Part shown: positions 12,353 through 24,600 of the stretch, one piece after another
Layout of the letters: every line of letters starts with the position of its first letter
Position numbering within the stretch: position 1 is the first letter of the stretch
Source: Haliotis rufescens
Lineage: Eukaryota
Length of the DNA: 64,000 nt
Direction: 5' to 3'
NCBI RefSeq assembly: GCF_023055435.1
Contig: NW_025964334.1
Coordinates: 24,676,001 to 24,740,000, forward strand
Notes under the pieces: model-generated
The model's database searches: none
Seen by the model: only the letters and a program-made list of their open reading frames with translations
What the model was told of the DNA's origin: nothing
Program-made: the position numbers and the translations under genes

Positions 12353-15300
12353 TTGAGAGAGAAGGAATTTGGATTCCTCGTCAGCACACCGCCGTGTTTA
12401 ATTTCTTTTTGCTGGTTACCACAAGGATCACATGGCTTCCATCATAATAGTTTGTGTGAAATAACCAGACAGAAAGAACCTTGACCACATGTTGGCAATC
12501 TCCTATAACAGTGTAACTAAACTTCATGTTGACTGAAATTGGACTGTTTGACACGAAACAGTTTGTTTATCACAAGTTCCACGTGAACCCAGTACACAGA
12601 GCTAACTGAAATATAGTAATTACCCGCGGTAGATGAATTCGACTTGTCTGCAGTTGCTGTATTCGTTTCAGTACCGGAACCGGAACCGGAACCACCCAAC
12701 CAGCTCGAGCCTCCCCCACCGGACATGGTCGAGCCCTCTGAAATAGTAAACAAGGTGTTGAATACTAGTAGTATACAGTGAGTGAGTGAGTGAGTGAGTA
12801 AGTAGGGTTTAACGCCGCTTTTAACAGTATTCCGGTTATATCCCGGCATGTCAGCTTAATGTGGGAGGAAAGCCCGAAGTGATGCAGGTCTCAAACGTTT
12901 ACCGCTTCGGTGAAACCCACGAGCACGGGTATGGTGCTGACAAACCTAGAAACATAATCGGGGCGAACCGGGATTCGAACCCACAATCATAGGTTTCTGG
13001 CTTGCCCAAGGGACGCAACTCTGCACAGCAAATTGCGGCGCCTTAGACGACTGGGCCACCCGTGCCCCCAGTAGTATACAGAACGTTGTACATGGATGTA
13101 TACAAATGTAAGCCATTCGTGTCTGATACTTAAGCGGAACATGTTCATGTGCACGGCGGACAAGTCATACATATGTATACTGGTCATAAAACTTAAACCA
13201 CGACCCCTGTTGATAATTACTGTGGCATTTTGTACCCCTTGTGTCTATTTTGCATTCTTCCGGGGTTTGGGGCGGTCGGGTAGCCTAGTGGTTAAAGCCT
13301 TCGCTCGTCACGCAGAAGACCCGGGTTCAATTCCCGACATGGGTACAATGTGTGAAGCCCATTTCTGGTGTCCCCCGCCGTGATATTGCTGGAATATTGC
13401 TAAAAGCGGCGTAAAACCATACTCACTCACTCACTCACTCACTCTTCCGGGGTTTTGGAAAGGGGGAATGATTGATCCTAAGGGGGATTGATTATGTCAT
13501 GAAGGGAGTGTTTTGATCCTGACAGGGAATTGATAATTTCACTTCAGAGTGTGTCAGTTCTAGAATCAGGTCTTTATAGAATGTTTCTAGCTAAGAACAG
13601 AATCACTTAAGTGAGTGAGTGAGTGAGTGAGTATGGTTTTACGCCGCTTTTAGCAATATTCCAGCAATATCGCGGCGGGGGACACCAGAAATGGGCTTCA
13701 CACAGAATCACTTAAGAGTGAAGTTTAAGGGGGTGATTTAATCCTGTCAAACAATAGTGGGATTGGTGACCGCGCCTTCAAATTGAGCCCTGCTATGTTT
13801 TATGGTCCGGCCCTGCCCTACCATGAAATGCAGGTTATAGAAAAGAATGTGGCGTCTACATCGACAAAATGACATTCGCCCAACATTGTCGCACCTTAAA
13901 AACCTATGCAGTATTGGTGGGAATACACTTGAAATGCCCACTGTTGCGTTGACCGAGATAATGTTATCATGATGATGTTCCGAATTAATTTCATTGCTTG
14001 GATAATTTTGTTAGTGAAGACATCGGAGATTAAGACTTGGCTTAAGAGTGTGTTTATGAACTATGAACTTTCGTTAACTGTTTACTTGGCTGTTAACAAA
14101 CAAATAACTGTTTACTTGGCTGTTAACAAACAAAGTCACCTGTTCTCGGTTTTGGAGTTGTTGTAGTTGTGGTGGTGGTAGTAGTAGTAGGAGTGGTGGT
14201 AGTGGTAGTAGTAGTAGGAGTGGTGGTGGTAGTAGTAGTAGTAGCAGTGGTGGTAGTAGTAGCAACAGTGGTGGTAGTAGTAGTAGCAGTGGTGGTAGTA
14301 GCAGTTGTAGAAGTAGTAGTCGTAATGCCAAAGCCATCACACTCGCTACGAGCTACAGAAGAGAGTTATATGTTTCCATTGAATATGACACCAAAATAAA
14401 TCAATCGCAGATGAGGGCTTCAATACATCAACAGGATTTTTTTTCGAATCTCACTTTCACTAAACCTGCCAATTTCATTCTTACTCACTCCCCGTTGTAT
14501 ATAAATATAAATATCGTTTAAATATTTCAGCATATCAAGGCGTGGAAGATAGCCACATCGGAACACATGAGCACTAATATGGTGTTGACCCACCAAGGGT
14601 CATAATCAGGGCAAAACCTTGTATTCGAACCCACCACGCGCTGTTTTGAAAAACTATTTCTGAAATTTCCTATAATGGAAAACATAGTTAAGTTTCCCAA
14701 CATAAGATATAATCATTTTTCTGTAATTAGATTGTTATTGTTTGTTGTTTAACGCCGCACTCAGCAGTATTCCAGCTATATGACGGCGGTCTGTAAATAA
14801 TCGAGTCTGGGCCAGACAATCCAGTGATTGACATCACGAGCATCGATCCACGCAAATGGGATACGATGACAACAACCAAGTCAGCGAGCCTGACCACCCG
14901 ATCCCGTTAGTCGCATCTTATGACAAGCATAGTCGGCATTTACGGAAAGCATGGGTTGCTGAAGACCTATTCTACCCCGGATCTTCACGGGTCAGCATGA
15001 TCAGTCACTGTACGTGTATCAGTCTGAGCACGTGGACCGTTAGTAAAGATCAACCCAGCAGTGACCCACCCACAAGTGGTCCACACAGCAGTGACCCACC
15101 CACAAGTGACCCACCCAGCAGTGACCCATCCACAAGTGGTCCACCCAGCAGTGACCCATCCACAAGTGGTCCACCCAGCAGTGACCCATCCACAAGTGAC
15201 CCACCCAGCAGTGACCCACCCACAAGTGGTCCACCCAGCAGTGACCCATCCACAAGTGGTCCACCCAGCAGTGACCCACCCACAAGTGACCCACCCAGCA

Positions 15301-18300
15301 GTGACCCACCCACAAGTGGTCCACCCAGCAGTGACCCACCCACAAGTGGTCCACCCAGCAGTGACCCATCCACAAGTTGTCCACCCAGCAGTGACCCACC
15401 CACAAGTGGTCCACCCAGCAGTGACCCATCCACAAGTTGTCCACCCAGCAGTGACCCACCCACAAGTGACCCACCCAGCAGTGACCCACCCACAAGTGGT
15501 CCACCCAGCAGTGACCACCCCCAAGTGACCCACCTAGCAGTGACCCACCCACAAGTGGTCCACCCAGCAGTAACCCACCCAGCATTTCTGTAATTAGAGT
15601 CTTCTCGTTTGTCATATGTTCACCTACACAAAACAGTCAAGCATTGACTGTCACAGTTTGCAATCTTCTTATTCATTGCTATGTCGAATTCTGCATAGTG
15701 GTCAACTTGACAGACAACGGACGTCTCTCTGTAGCATCGATTGTAGGACTCCCAGTCTCTGAAAATAGCCAAAGCACGTAACAGTTAAAACCTGTTGGTC
15801 TTTATCTTACCTGTAGATTCCTCTGTGTGCGTGCGTGCGTGCGTGCGTGCGTGCGTGTGTGCAGGAGACCAAGTCGTCTAAGGCGCCGCATTTCGCTATG
15901 CAGAGTTGCGTCCCTTAGGTACCCCAGACACCTATGATTGTGGGTTGGAAACCGGTTCGCCCCGAATATGTTTCCAGGTTCGTCAGCACCTTACCCGTGC
16001 TCGTGGGTTTCACGAGGTGGATACACTCCTGACACCTGCATCAATTCGGGCTTTCCTCCAACATTTATACAACATGATACAACTGGAATACTGGTCAAAC
16101 TCACTCACTCACTCACTCACTCACTCACTCACTCACTCACTCACTCACTCACTCACTCACTCACTCACTCACTGAATGTCTGCATTTATCACTGGAAGAA
16201 CAATATACCTTTACGCAATCAGATGTTTACATATTTGTAAATAAAGACTTTACAAGCATAAACAATTGTCGCATGTATGATGGTTACAAGCATTAACAAT
16301 TGCTGTAAATATGATACACACAAGCATAAACAAGTACCACATATATGATATTTACTAGCATAAACAATTGTCGCATGTATGATGGTTACAAGCATTAACA
16401 ATTGCTGTAAATATGATACACACAAGCATAAACAAGTACCACATATATGATATTTACTAGCATAAACAATTGTCGCATGTATGATGGTTACAAGCATAAA
16501 CAATTGCTGTAAATATGATACACACAAGCATTAACAAGTACCACATATATGATATTTACTAGCATAAACAATTGTCGCATGTATGATGGTTACAAGCATA
16601 AAAAATTGCTGTAAATATGATACACACAAGCATAAACAAGAACCACATATATGATATTTACTAGCATAAACAATTGTCGCATGTATGATGGTTACAAGCA
16701 TAAACAATTGCTGTAAATATGATACACACAAGCATAAACAAGTACCACATATATGATATTTACTAGCATTAACAATTGTGTGTAAATATGATACTTACCT
16801 GGCTTAAAACTTGTTGTAAATCAGAAGATAAATATTAATTTTCATTCTTGAGGTAGGTTACCTGCATCTTTAACCGTGCTAAATTGAATTGGGAACAGAT
16901 CTAACTTAGAAAAACGCGAACTCTTTGGTGTAAGCAAATGTATTGAGTGAATCGGCACGGGTAGAGAGTCCAGGGTTTTGAGTAGGCTGTCGATCAGAAT
17001 TTACGGAATCACCTACAACAGCCTTTAAACTGAATATGGTGCTCTGTATGCTCAAGCAATGTGTTGCTACACATCCTTTGAACATTGTAGTAACCGCAAC
17101 TTTGCACTTTGTAGCCAATAATTGTACACATAATTATCTAAACATGCCTACCCACAATGACTATAAAAGAAGTACTATTCTAAAAATATAAGCTTCCGCG
17201 GTAAATGTATTCTTGTTTGTCTAATCATAAATGTCATCGATTGTGTCGTTATACCCTCAGGAAAGGGGCGGTCGGGTAGCCTAGTGGTTAAAGCGTTGGC
17301 TCGTCACGCCAAAGACCCGGGTTCGATTCCCGACATGGGTACAATGTGTGAAGCCCATTTCTGGTGTCCCCCGCCGTGATATTGCTGGAATATTTCTAAA
17401 AGCGGCGTAAAACCATACTCACTCACTCACTATACCCTTAGGTTGATCGCCGCATTCCTCTTGTGATGGTATCACCTGTCATCGGTAAATAAATTATGGA
17501 GCGAAAGCCTGACAGTGTTAGTCTGGACAATATTGAGTGAGTGAGTGAGGAAATTCATCCAGTATTTTACAAGCAGGCAACTGCTTCAGCACGAGACTGC
17601 ATCCGTGGTGTAGTGGACAGAGCGCCCGTCCAGAGAGCGAAAGGTTGTTCGATCCCCGGCCGCATCAAAACAAAACATGTAAAAAGATGTACTTATTACC
17701 TTACTACCGTTCGGCTTTAAGGGGTTTAAAGAACAACTGGTCGTCTCGGAGACAGTATGCTGTGTCAGAGTTGAGTATCCATGTTAGGCGCGGTCAGGTG
17801 AAATGGGGTTTACTGAACTTATATAGCGACGTGCTGCTTACACGTGTGTGTATGATTGTGCTTGCCCACCGAGATACTTTGCTGCAGTTTAACATGAATA
17901 CACAGTGCACTGACTCCGAGCCGACCAGTGCTTGTTTTATCCCCTTAATGCCGAGCGCCAGGCAGAGTAACAACAAGTACCGTCTTTTAACGTCTTCTGG
18001 TATGACGCGGCCGGGGACCAAACCCCGGACCTCCCGCCTGGCGGGTGGACGCTCTACCACTAGACCGGGTATCCATGTTAAACTGTGACAGGGTATCTCA
18101 GTGGGATANNNNNNNNNNNNNNNNNNNNNNNNNNNNNNNNNNNNNNNNNNNNNNNNNNNNNNNNNNNNNNNNNNNNNNNNNNNNNNNNNNNNNNNNNNNN
18201 NNNNNNNNNNNNNNNNNNNNNNNNNNNNNNNNNNNNNNNNNNNNNNNNNNNNNNNNNNNNNNNNNNNNNNNNNNNNNNNNNNNNNNNNNNNNNNNNNNNN

Positions 18301-19426
18301 NNNNNATTGACGACACAGCAGGTTTAGCCTTAAAGTGAACGGCAATAAAGTTAGCACGTCAATGAACTGACACACATTTTGGATGTACTAGTAACTCTGA
18401 CGTACTCGCAAGGCATGATGGGGTTGGGTCCTGTGAACGAGGCCGGTTTACAGGCGATCACATCTGGACAGAGCGACTTGATGTAGTCGTTCGCCTCTCT
18501 GACGCCGTCGCCCCTTCGCGCAGTGGCCACTGTCAATAAAAATTCCAGTTAATGAAAACATATTAAGCGTATAAAAAAACACAAAAAACTATAAACTCTT
18601 TATTCGATCTTAATGTAAAAGTAATCATAGACTATAAACGTTGATACGATGAGTAAGTAAGTAAAAAGACAAATCCATATATTGAAACGTTACGTCTTTG
18701 AAATATGAAACTTCAAAAGTCCACATTAATTTATCATCACAGCTATTGTTGGGCGTCATGGTCAAGTTTACAGTTTTAAAACGTATCTAACGAGCGAAGG
18801 CGAATCGATGCATAGCTTGTCTAATCGTAAGATCGAAGTGGCGCACTAGTACATTACAGCACGGTCATGGTTGACGCTATCCGGCTTAGTGCTTGCTATT
18901 GCTGAGTGCGATAAGAGAAACATATTTCCCCCGACACATGAAATATCCTACAAAATCAACTTTAACAAAAAATAAACTTAAAAACTACCGAACCGCTGCT
19001 GAAAGCGAAAAATACACGCTGCTCAAGTAACAAAAATGGCCCTTTGCGAAACGAACAGTCCGATTGAGTGAAGTGAGAAATTTACAGTTTATGACGAAAC
19101 ATTTTCAAGAGAATAACAAACAGCATGAAGCGATATTAACTCCATAAATGACTATCTGTCACTAGAGTGCCTTGTCGGTGTGGAAATAACTTCAAAAGGA
19201 AGTCAACAGTTTGTGTACGGGTCAGACACTCTTGTATGACAATAGTTCCGTCAAAGTGTTGTGTTAACTGCAGTGAAACATCAATTGTTATGTTCACTGC
19301 AATGAAAATATCCCTTTTCTCAACTTTGGAAAAATCAATCTTTCACACTTAAGTATATAATAGAGTCTGGTACTCACAGTGCACAATGCAGAGAAGCGTG
19401 GTTACTGTGAAGGTCGTCATGATCAT
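11757..19426 (-). CDS. Gene A: spliced, 282-aa predicted GPI-anchored protein (signal peptide, 8-Cys domain, Thr-rich mucin stalk, Gly/Ser linker, GPI signal). Exons 19426-19378, 18529-18406, 15758-15628, 14352-14140, 12737-12624, 11974-11757
   Basis: Six segments with GT..AG borders and compatible phases (1,2,1,1,1) join into one 849-nt stop-free frame: MIMTTFTVTTLLCIVHLATARRGDGVREANDYIKSLCPDVIACKPASFTGPNPIMPCEDWESYNRCYRETSVVCQVDHYAEFDIAMNKKIANCDSQCLTVLSRSECDGFGI-(~55 aa Thr-rich)-PKPRTEGSTMSGGGGSSWLGGSGSGSG...DGDDNNIFNLMNMLGSSGVCLKAGYLVALFVIAVTTCFN*. The N- and C-termini are hydrophobic, and Cys spacing and phases match gene C. An N gap lies in intron 2. Confidence 0.85.
12017..12362. repeat. 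(GA)n / purine-rich compound microsatellite in the last intron of gene A
   Basis: Direct reading. Confidence 0.95.
12779..13069 (-). mobile_element. SINE family B
   Basis: Full length; TSD AGTAGTATACAG. Confidence 0.9.
13269..13443 (+). mobile_element. SINE family A (tRNA-Asp-like head, ~170 bp, (CACT)n tail)
   Basis: TAGCCTAGTGG A box; CGCTCGTCACGC..AAGACCCGGGTTCAATTCCC resembles tRNA-Asp(GTC); TSD TCTTCCGGGGTTT. Confidence 0.9.
13612..13702 (-). mobile_element. SINE family A, 5'-truncated
   Basis: 3' half only; TSD ACAGAATCACTTAAG. Confidence 0.85.
14742..14992 (-). mobile_element. Family D short retroelement
   Basis: Full length, duplicated-hairpin variant. Confidence 0.85.
15052..15583. 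repeat. 30-bp (2x15) minisatellite, ~17 copies, intron 3 of gene A
   Basis: Unit CCACCCAGCAGTGACCCACCCACAAGTGGT. Confidence 0.95.
15866..16173 (+). mobile_element. SINE family B (diverged) with an expanded (TCAC)n tail
   Basis: Similarity to other family B copies. Confidence 0.8.
16250..16792. repeat. 102-bp tandem repeat (three ~34-bp subunits), ~5 copies
   Basis: Subunits begin AGCAT(A/T)AACAA; 102-nt periodicity. Confidence 0.92.
17265..17430 (+). mobile_element. SINE family A
   Basis: Full length; imperfect TSD TATACCCT(C/T)AGG. Confidence 0.9.
17595..18066. mobile_element. Two family C SINEs in inverted orientation (+ ~17595-17790, - ~17796-18066)
   Basis: Each arm matches the family C consensus on opposite strands. 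Confidence 0.75.
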
Positions 19427-19957
19427 GTCGAGCTGGGCAACGCAAGCGTTGTGATAAGCGTTCCTGTATTTATGTGTATTGGTAGGTAATTTCAATAAAG
19501 ACATCAAAGAGGATTATGTAGACCAACTATCTATATGGTTATGGCAGATGACACGCTCATGGCTCATACGTGTCACGTGATCTGAGATGAGATCTCTAAG
19601 CGGTTAATCGGTTAATCGACAGAACATCGATATCGTTTCACGGACAGCTAGACAAACAATGTATTATATATTGAGGAAAATAGAAAAGATGTTTTACATC
19701 CAGCACTATCTTGTCTTATCTGTTTCGGTAGATAATCTAGACTGGTTATTCTCTTGCATTGATACTACATTCTAAACGTCTCCATAAACTGCCGAAACAA
19801 ATTCCATTGGAAATGACAAACATTATAAACTTATAAATTGATTTGAGTTTGAGAGTCGATTGAAGCAAATCTAAAGCATGTTGGAAGTGAAAACATATAC
19901 GTATTGAGGATGGCGTTTTAGCATCATGTGAACAAAATTTACTCCATAAAAGCAGTT

Positions 19958-20223
19958 CCGTGAAGATCCGGGGTAGAATAGGTCTTCAGCAACCCGTGCT
20001 TGTCGTAAAAGGCGACTATGCTTGTCGTAAGAGGCGCCTAATGGGATCGGGTGGTCGGGCTCGCTGACTCGGTTGAAACATGTCATCGTATCCCAATTGC
20101 GTGGATCGATACTCATGATATTAATAACTGGATTGTCTGGTCCAGACTTGATTATTTACAGACCGCCGTCATACAGCTGGAATATTGCTGTGTGCGGCGT
20201 TAACCAACAAACCAAACAACCAA
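19958..20223 (+). mobile_element. Family D short retroelement, reference copy
   Basis: CCGTGAAGATCCGGGGTAGAATAGGTCTTCAGCAACCC head, duplicated GTCGTAA(A/G)AGGCG hairpin, tail GCTGGAATATTGCTG.GTGCGGCGTTAA plus (CAAA)-type repeats. Confidence 0.88.
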
Positions 20224-20240
20224 CCATAAAAGCAGAAACG

Positions 20241-21400
20241 TACGGGTAAAAAGAACACAAAGATAATGGGGGTCAAAATGAGATCTTTCACATCGTCATT
20301 GTCAAAACATCTGGTTACAACAGACTTGTAAGTCATAAGTCACAGGTTTAATATTGAGTATGTCCACCTCGTTCCTTAATCCGCACCGATGACGTCAAAC
20401 GCTTGATGACGTTAGCTGGAATCCGATGCTATTCCTCGGAGAGAAGTCCCGACGGCTGGCTGGTGGTAGTGGTCGCCTTCTGACTTGCCTGTCGAGATGA
20501 TCCTACAAATGTTTGGGTTCATGTCAGGAGGGGCGGTCGGGTAGCCTAGTGGTTAAAGCGTTCGCTCGTCACGCCGAAGACCCGGGTTCGATTCCCGACA
20601 TGGGTACAATGTGTGAAGACCATTTCTGGTGTCCCCCGCCGTGATATTGTTTGAATATTGCTAAAAGCGGCGTAAAACCATACTCACTCACTCACTCACT
20701 CATGTCAGGATAACAGGAAGGTCAGGACAAAACATTAACGTTCATGTTTAAGAGGATGTCCCGTGTCAGCCTTGCAGTATTGGATCCAGTGTTATCACGC
20801 TGGAAGATTTTACCGCGTGGTTGTAGTTAGATAAATGGCAGCACAGCCGAACGCAAAACGTCATTCCGGTACCTTTGTTCAGTAATGTTGCTTTGAAGGA
20901 TAACCAGCCTCTTCTTCAAGTCTCCACAGATTCCTCCCAAGGCCATGACACCACCGCCTTCAAAAGGCTGCACGTCCTGCACACAGTTGGGTGCTGGGCG
21001 CCATATTGACGTCTGTACACACGCTGCAGACCATCAGCTCGAAACAGGCAAAACATGCTCTGATCAGAAAACATGACTCGTCGATAGTATCAAACCTGAC
21101 AACGTCGAACCCGCCTGGCCCCCTGTATGGAACCTACTAACGTCGAACTCGCCGCCCCATATCAACCTGTTATGTCGATGTTGTGACGTCAACGTCATTC
21201 AAAGCTATCCGCGTGCTGTAGATGCCGTTGCTGTCGGAGGGATGAAGCGGTTTCAGAGATGAATTCAACTGATGAAACGCTCTTCAATGGGCGTGGCCCT
21301 ACTCCTAGGCCCGTGTGTAGTCTTCCAAGTTACACTGATTTCAGTATCTTTGACTATTGTGTTGATAACGATAACTCTTATCGGCCCAGTATCCCTGTAG
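20241..21400 (-). pseudogene. Degenerate Tc1-like transposon, interrupted by a SINE A copy
   Basis: Broken-frame peptides VFSDQSMFCLFRADG..RVYRR, QPFEGGGVMALGGI and IPANVIKRL..RGGHTQY; boundaries approximate. Confidence 0.75.
20530..20700 (+). mobile_element. SINE family A nested in the Tc1 remnant
   Basis: TSD TCATGTCAGGA. Confidence 0.9.
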
Positions 21401-21438
21401 TGTCTCCAGCCTCCCGATAGATAATTATAGCACATTAA

Positions 21439-21602
21439 TGAGTGAGTGAGTATGGTTTACACCGCTTTGAGCAATATTCCAGCAATATCACGGCGGGGGA
21501 CACCAGAAATTGGCTTAACACATTGTACCCATGTCGGGAATCGAACCCGGATCTTCGGCGTGACGAGCGAACGCGTTACCCACTTGGCTACCCCATCGCC
21601 CT
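21439..21602 (-). mobile_element. SINE family A
   Basis: Matches consensus; TSD CACATTAA. Confidence 0.85.
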
Positions 21603-24600
21603 CTGACACATTAAATTTACAAAGTCATTAGATAAACATCTTCTGAGTGTATTTCCTTTTGGACGTCAGTTGAATATAGGAAACGAATATCTGGTGAATG
21701 TTAATAAAAGCAACAAAAAACATTTTCATATTCACAAGAAGCCACCATATACAGTTATATCCTAATCATGTGTTAATGAATCACTATCAAATAGTGATGA
21801 CAACGAGTGTACAAGCAAAGGTAAAACCGTAAAACTAAATCTAAGCTCTTCATAAAGGTTGCATTCTGTTTTAATATTATTACAGAAAGGACATAACATG
21901 TCCTCAAGAGTAATGAGAGTCTATATTGTGGCGTCCTGTCTTCGCATGTGAGGATAGGCTTCCATGACGTGGTCCAGGTTCTTAAGTGTATGCTAGTTTA
22001 CTACGCATTGATAACTTTAGTCATCTAATTACATCAGTTTACAGTTTAGATTTTCGGGACATTATATATAAACTTAAAGAATAATAGCCGATTATCAACT
22101 TGAATCATGTAACCAATTCTAACATCAAAAGTAGGGTTCCGGCATATGGGATCTGTATACTGTCAGACTCGTATTGCAACAATCAACATTGTGGCTTCCT
22201 GAGGTTTAATTTCTTTTAAAGATTCATTTAATCATTTAAAACAAAATTTAGGTTTTTGCGGTAAACTACTTCTTGCGATATGATATACATTACAATCGAA
22301 ATCGTCACGGTTTCGGTTATGTTCAGTTCAAATAAGTAGTGAAGAGAATTTTAAAGAGGAATTATATGTTTGGGTGTCGCTTTCACCTTTACCCTATACA
22401 GGTAACACAAATTCAATGCATAGGGGCCATCTTTACAGCAGTTTGTCTATCTACATGGTTGTCATTCTGGCATGTATACTTAGGGGCAAAAGAAAGTATA
22501 CTGAGTTTGTTTTGCATGTCACTGAAAATTGAAAGAACTGTTGTTAAATTTGATTTTGTCTATTTAACCATCACTCATTCTTGAAAGGAATTTTCAAACA
22601 CACGACCACTACCATATTTGAAATATATTTATTTAATTTATTTTCAACGATAAGATTCTAAGATACCCATCGGCAGTTGTGTATTATGTGAATGGTTTGT
22701 TTCGTCTATGAAATCCAAATCAGTAATTCACAACTTAGTGCGTAGGTTTTTGCAGTTTGTATAAGATTAATCTAGTTTGGGATACAAGGTACACGTTTAA
22801 GTACATAAAGGTAATAGTTAGCATGTGTGTGTCCAGTATAGACGTTTGTATAGACGATGTCTTGTCAAGGCACGGTGTAGCAAAGAGTCTTAATCGTAAA
22901 GATCTGTGTTAGCCGTCAGTGTATATCGGTCACGGCATGGCTGAACGCCAGCACGTCCCTCTGTACACCAAAGACCGGATATACTGTCATGGATTATTAG
23001 AGTCAGGGTGAAGTCACCAAGGGTTCTGACAAGTTCTGGGTGGCATCGCTAATGACCATGGCAGAGTTAGAACGTCAAGGACAACGACAGTCAGTGTAAA
23101 GTCAAGGACAATGACCGATTCGGGTGGGATCTCAAAAGACTATGAGTTAGGTCACCAAGGACCATGAAAGATTCTTGATGGGATCGTCAAGGGTCACGAC
23201 AGGTACAGGGTATGTCACCAATAATCATGACAGAGTCTAGGTGGGGTCGTCAAGGAACATGACAGGTACAGGGTTATGTCACCAAGAATAATGACAGATT
23301 CCTGGTGGCATCGTCAAGGAACATGACAGGTACGGGGTCATTTCACCAAGATCCATGACAGGGTCTAGGTGGGGTCGTCAAGGACCAGGACAGGTACAGG
23401 GTTAGCTCACCAAGAACCATGACAGAGTCCAGGTGGCATCATCAAGAACAAGGAGAGGTACAGGGTATGGTCATCAAGGACTATGGATGTTAGCAGTGAG
23501 GGGGTTAAATTGTTCCTCACATAGGCGAACCGCCTCCTAGTAGCCCGGCTAGCAGTGAAAGGGTTAAATTGTTCCTCACATAGGCGAACCGCCTACTAGA
23601 AGCCCGGCTAGCAGTGAGTGGGTTAAATTGTACCTCACATAGACGAACCGCCTACTAATAGCCCGACTAGCAGTGAGTGGGTTAAATTGTACCTAACATT
23701 AGCGAACCGCCTACTAGTAGCCTGTCTGGTAGTGTTATCGCTGTCTGTACGTGGAGGCAGTGTACTTGGATGAGTGTATGATCTCCATGCCAAGTATTAC
23801 GGACAGAGACTCAAGCCGAGTATTGGCATCAGCATATGATTTTATAACGCTTCTGCTTCTTGAAACAGTCACTCTTGATTTAATTCATTTCGATCACAGA
23901 ACTGACGGTTTACTACCTATTGATAACTTGAGTCATCTAACTACATCTAACTACATCTACATTTTCTGGACATTATATATAAACTTTAAGAATAATAGCC
24001 GATTATCAACTTGAATTATGCAACCAATTCTAACATCAATAGTAGGGTTCCGGCATGTGGGATCTGTATACTGTCAGACTCGTATTGCAACAATCAACAA
24101 TGTGGCTTCCTGAGGTTTAATTTCTTTTAAAGATTCATGGAATCATTTAAAACAAATTTTAGATTTTTGCGGTAAACTTCTTCTTGCGATATGATATACA
24201 TTACAATCGAAATCGTCACGGTTTCGGTTATGTTCAGTTCAAATAAGTAGTGAAGAGAATTTTAAAGAGGAATTATAAGTTTGGGTGTCGCCTTCACCTT
24301 TACCCTATACAGATAACACAAATTCAATGCATAGGGGCCATCTTTACAACAGTTTGTCTATCTTCATGGTTATCATTCTAGCATGTATACTTAGGGGCAA
24401 AAGAAGGTATACTTAGTTTGATTTGCATGTCACTAAAAATTGAAAGATCTGTTGTTAAATTTGATTTAACCATCACTCATTCTTGAAAGGAATTTTCAAC
24501 CACACGACCACTAACATAATTTATTTATTTTATTTATTTTCAACGATAACATTCTAAGATACCCATCGGCAGTTGTGTATTATGCGAATTCGTTTTAACT

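Noticed and set aside
13269-13345. tRNA-Asp-, Leu- and other tRNA-like sequences
   Set aside because: They lack a proper acceptor stem and are followed by constant bodies, tails and TSDs, so they are SINE heads rather than tRNA genes.
14955-14992. CTGAAGA on the antisense strand of family D as a hammerhead core
   Set aside because: No stem II followed by GAAA and no cleavage-triplet arrangement.
14856-15615. Five overlapping 147-245-aa ORFs (PPSSDPPTSG, GWTTC and similar repeats)
   Set aside because: They arise from a stop-free 30-bp minisatellite open in most frames. The 5' part is a retroelement and the region lies in an intron of gene A.
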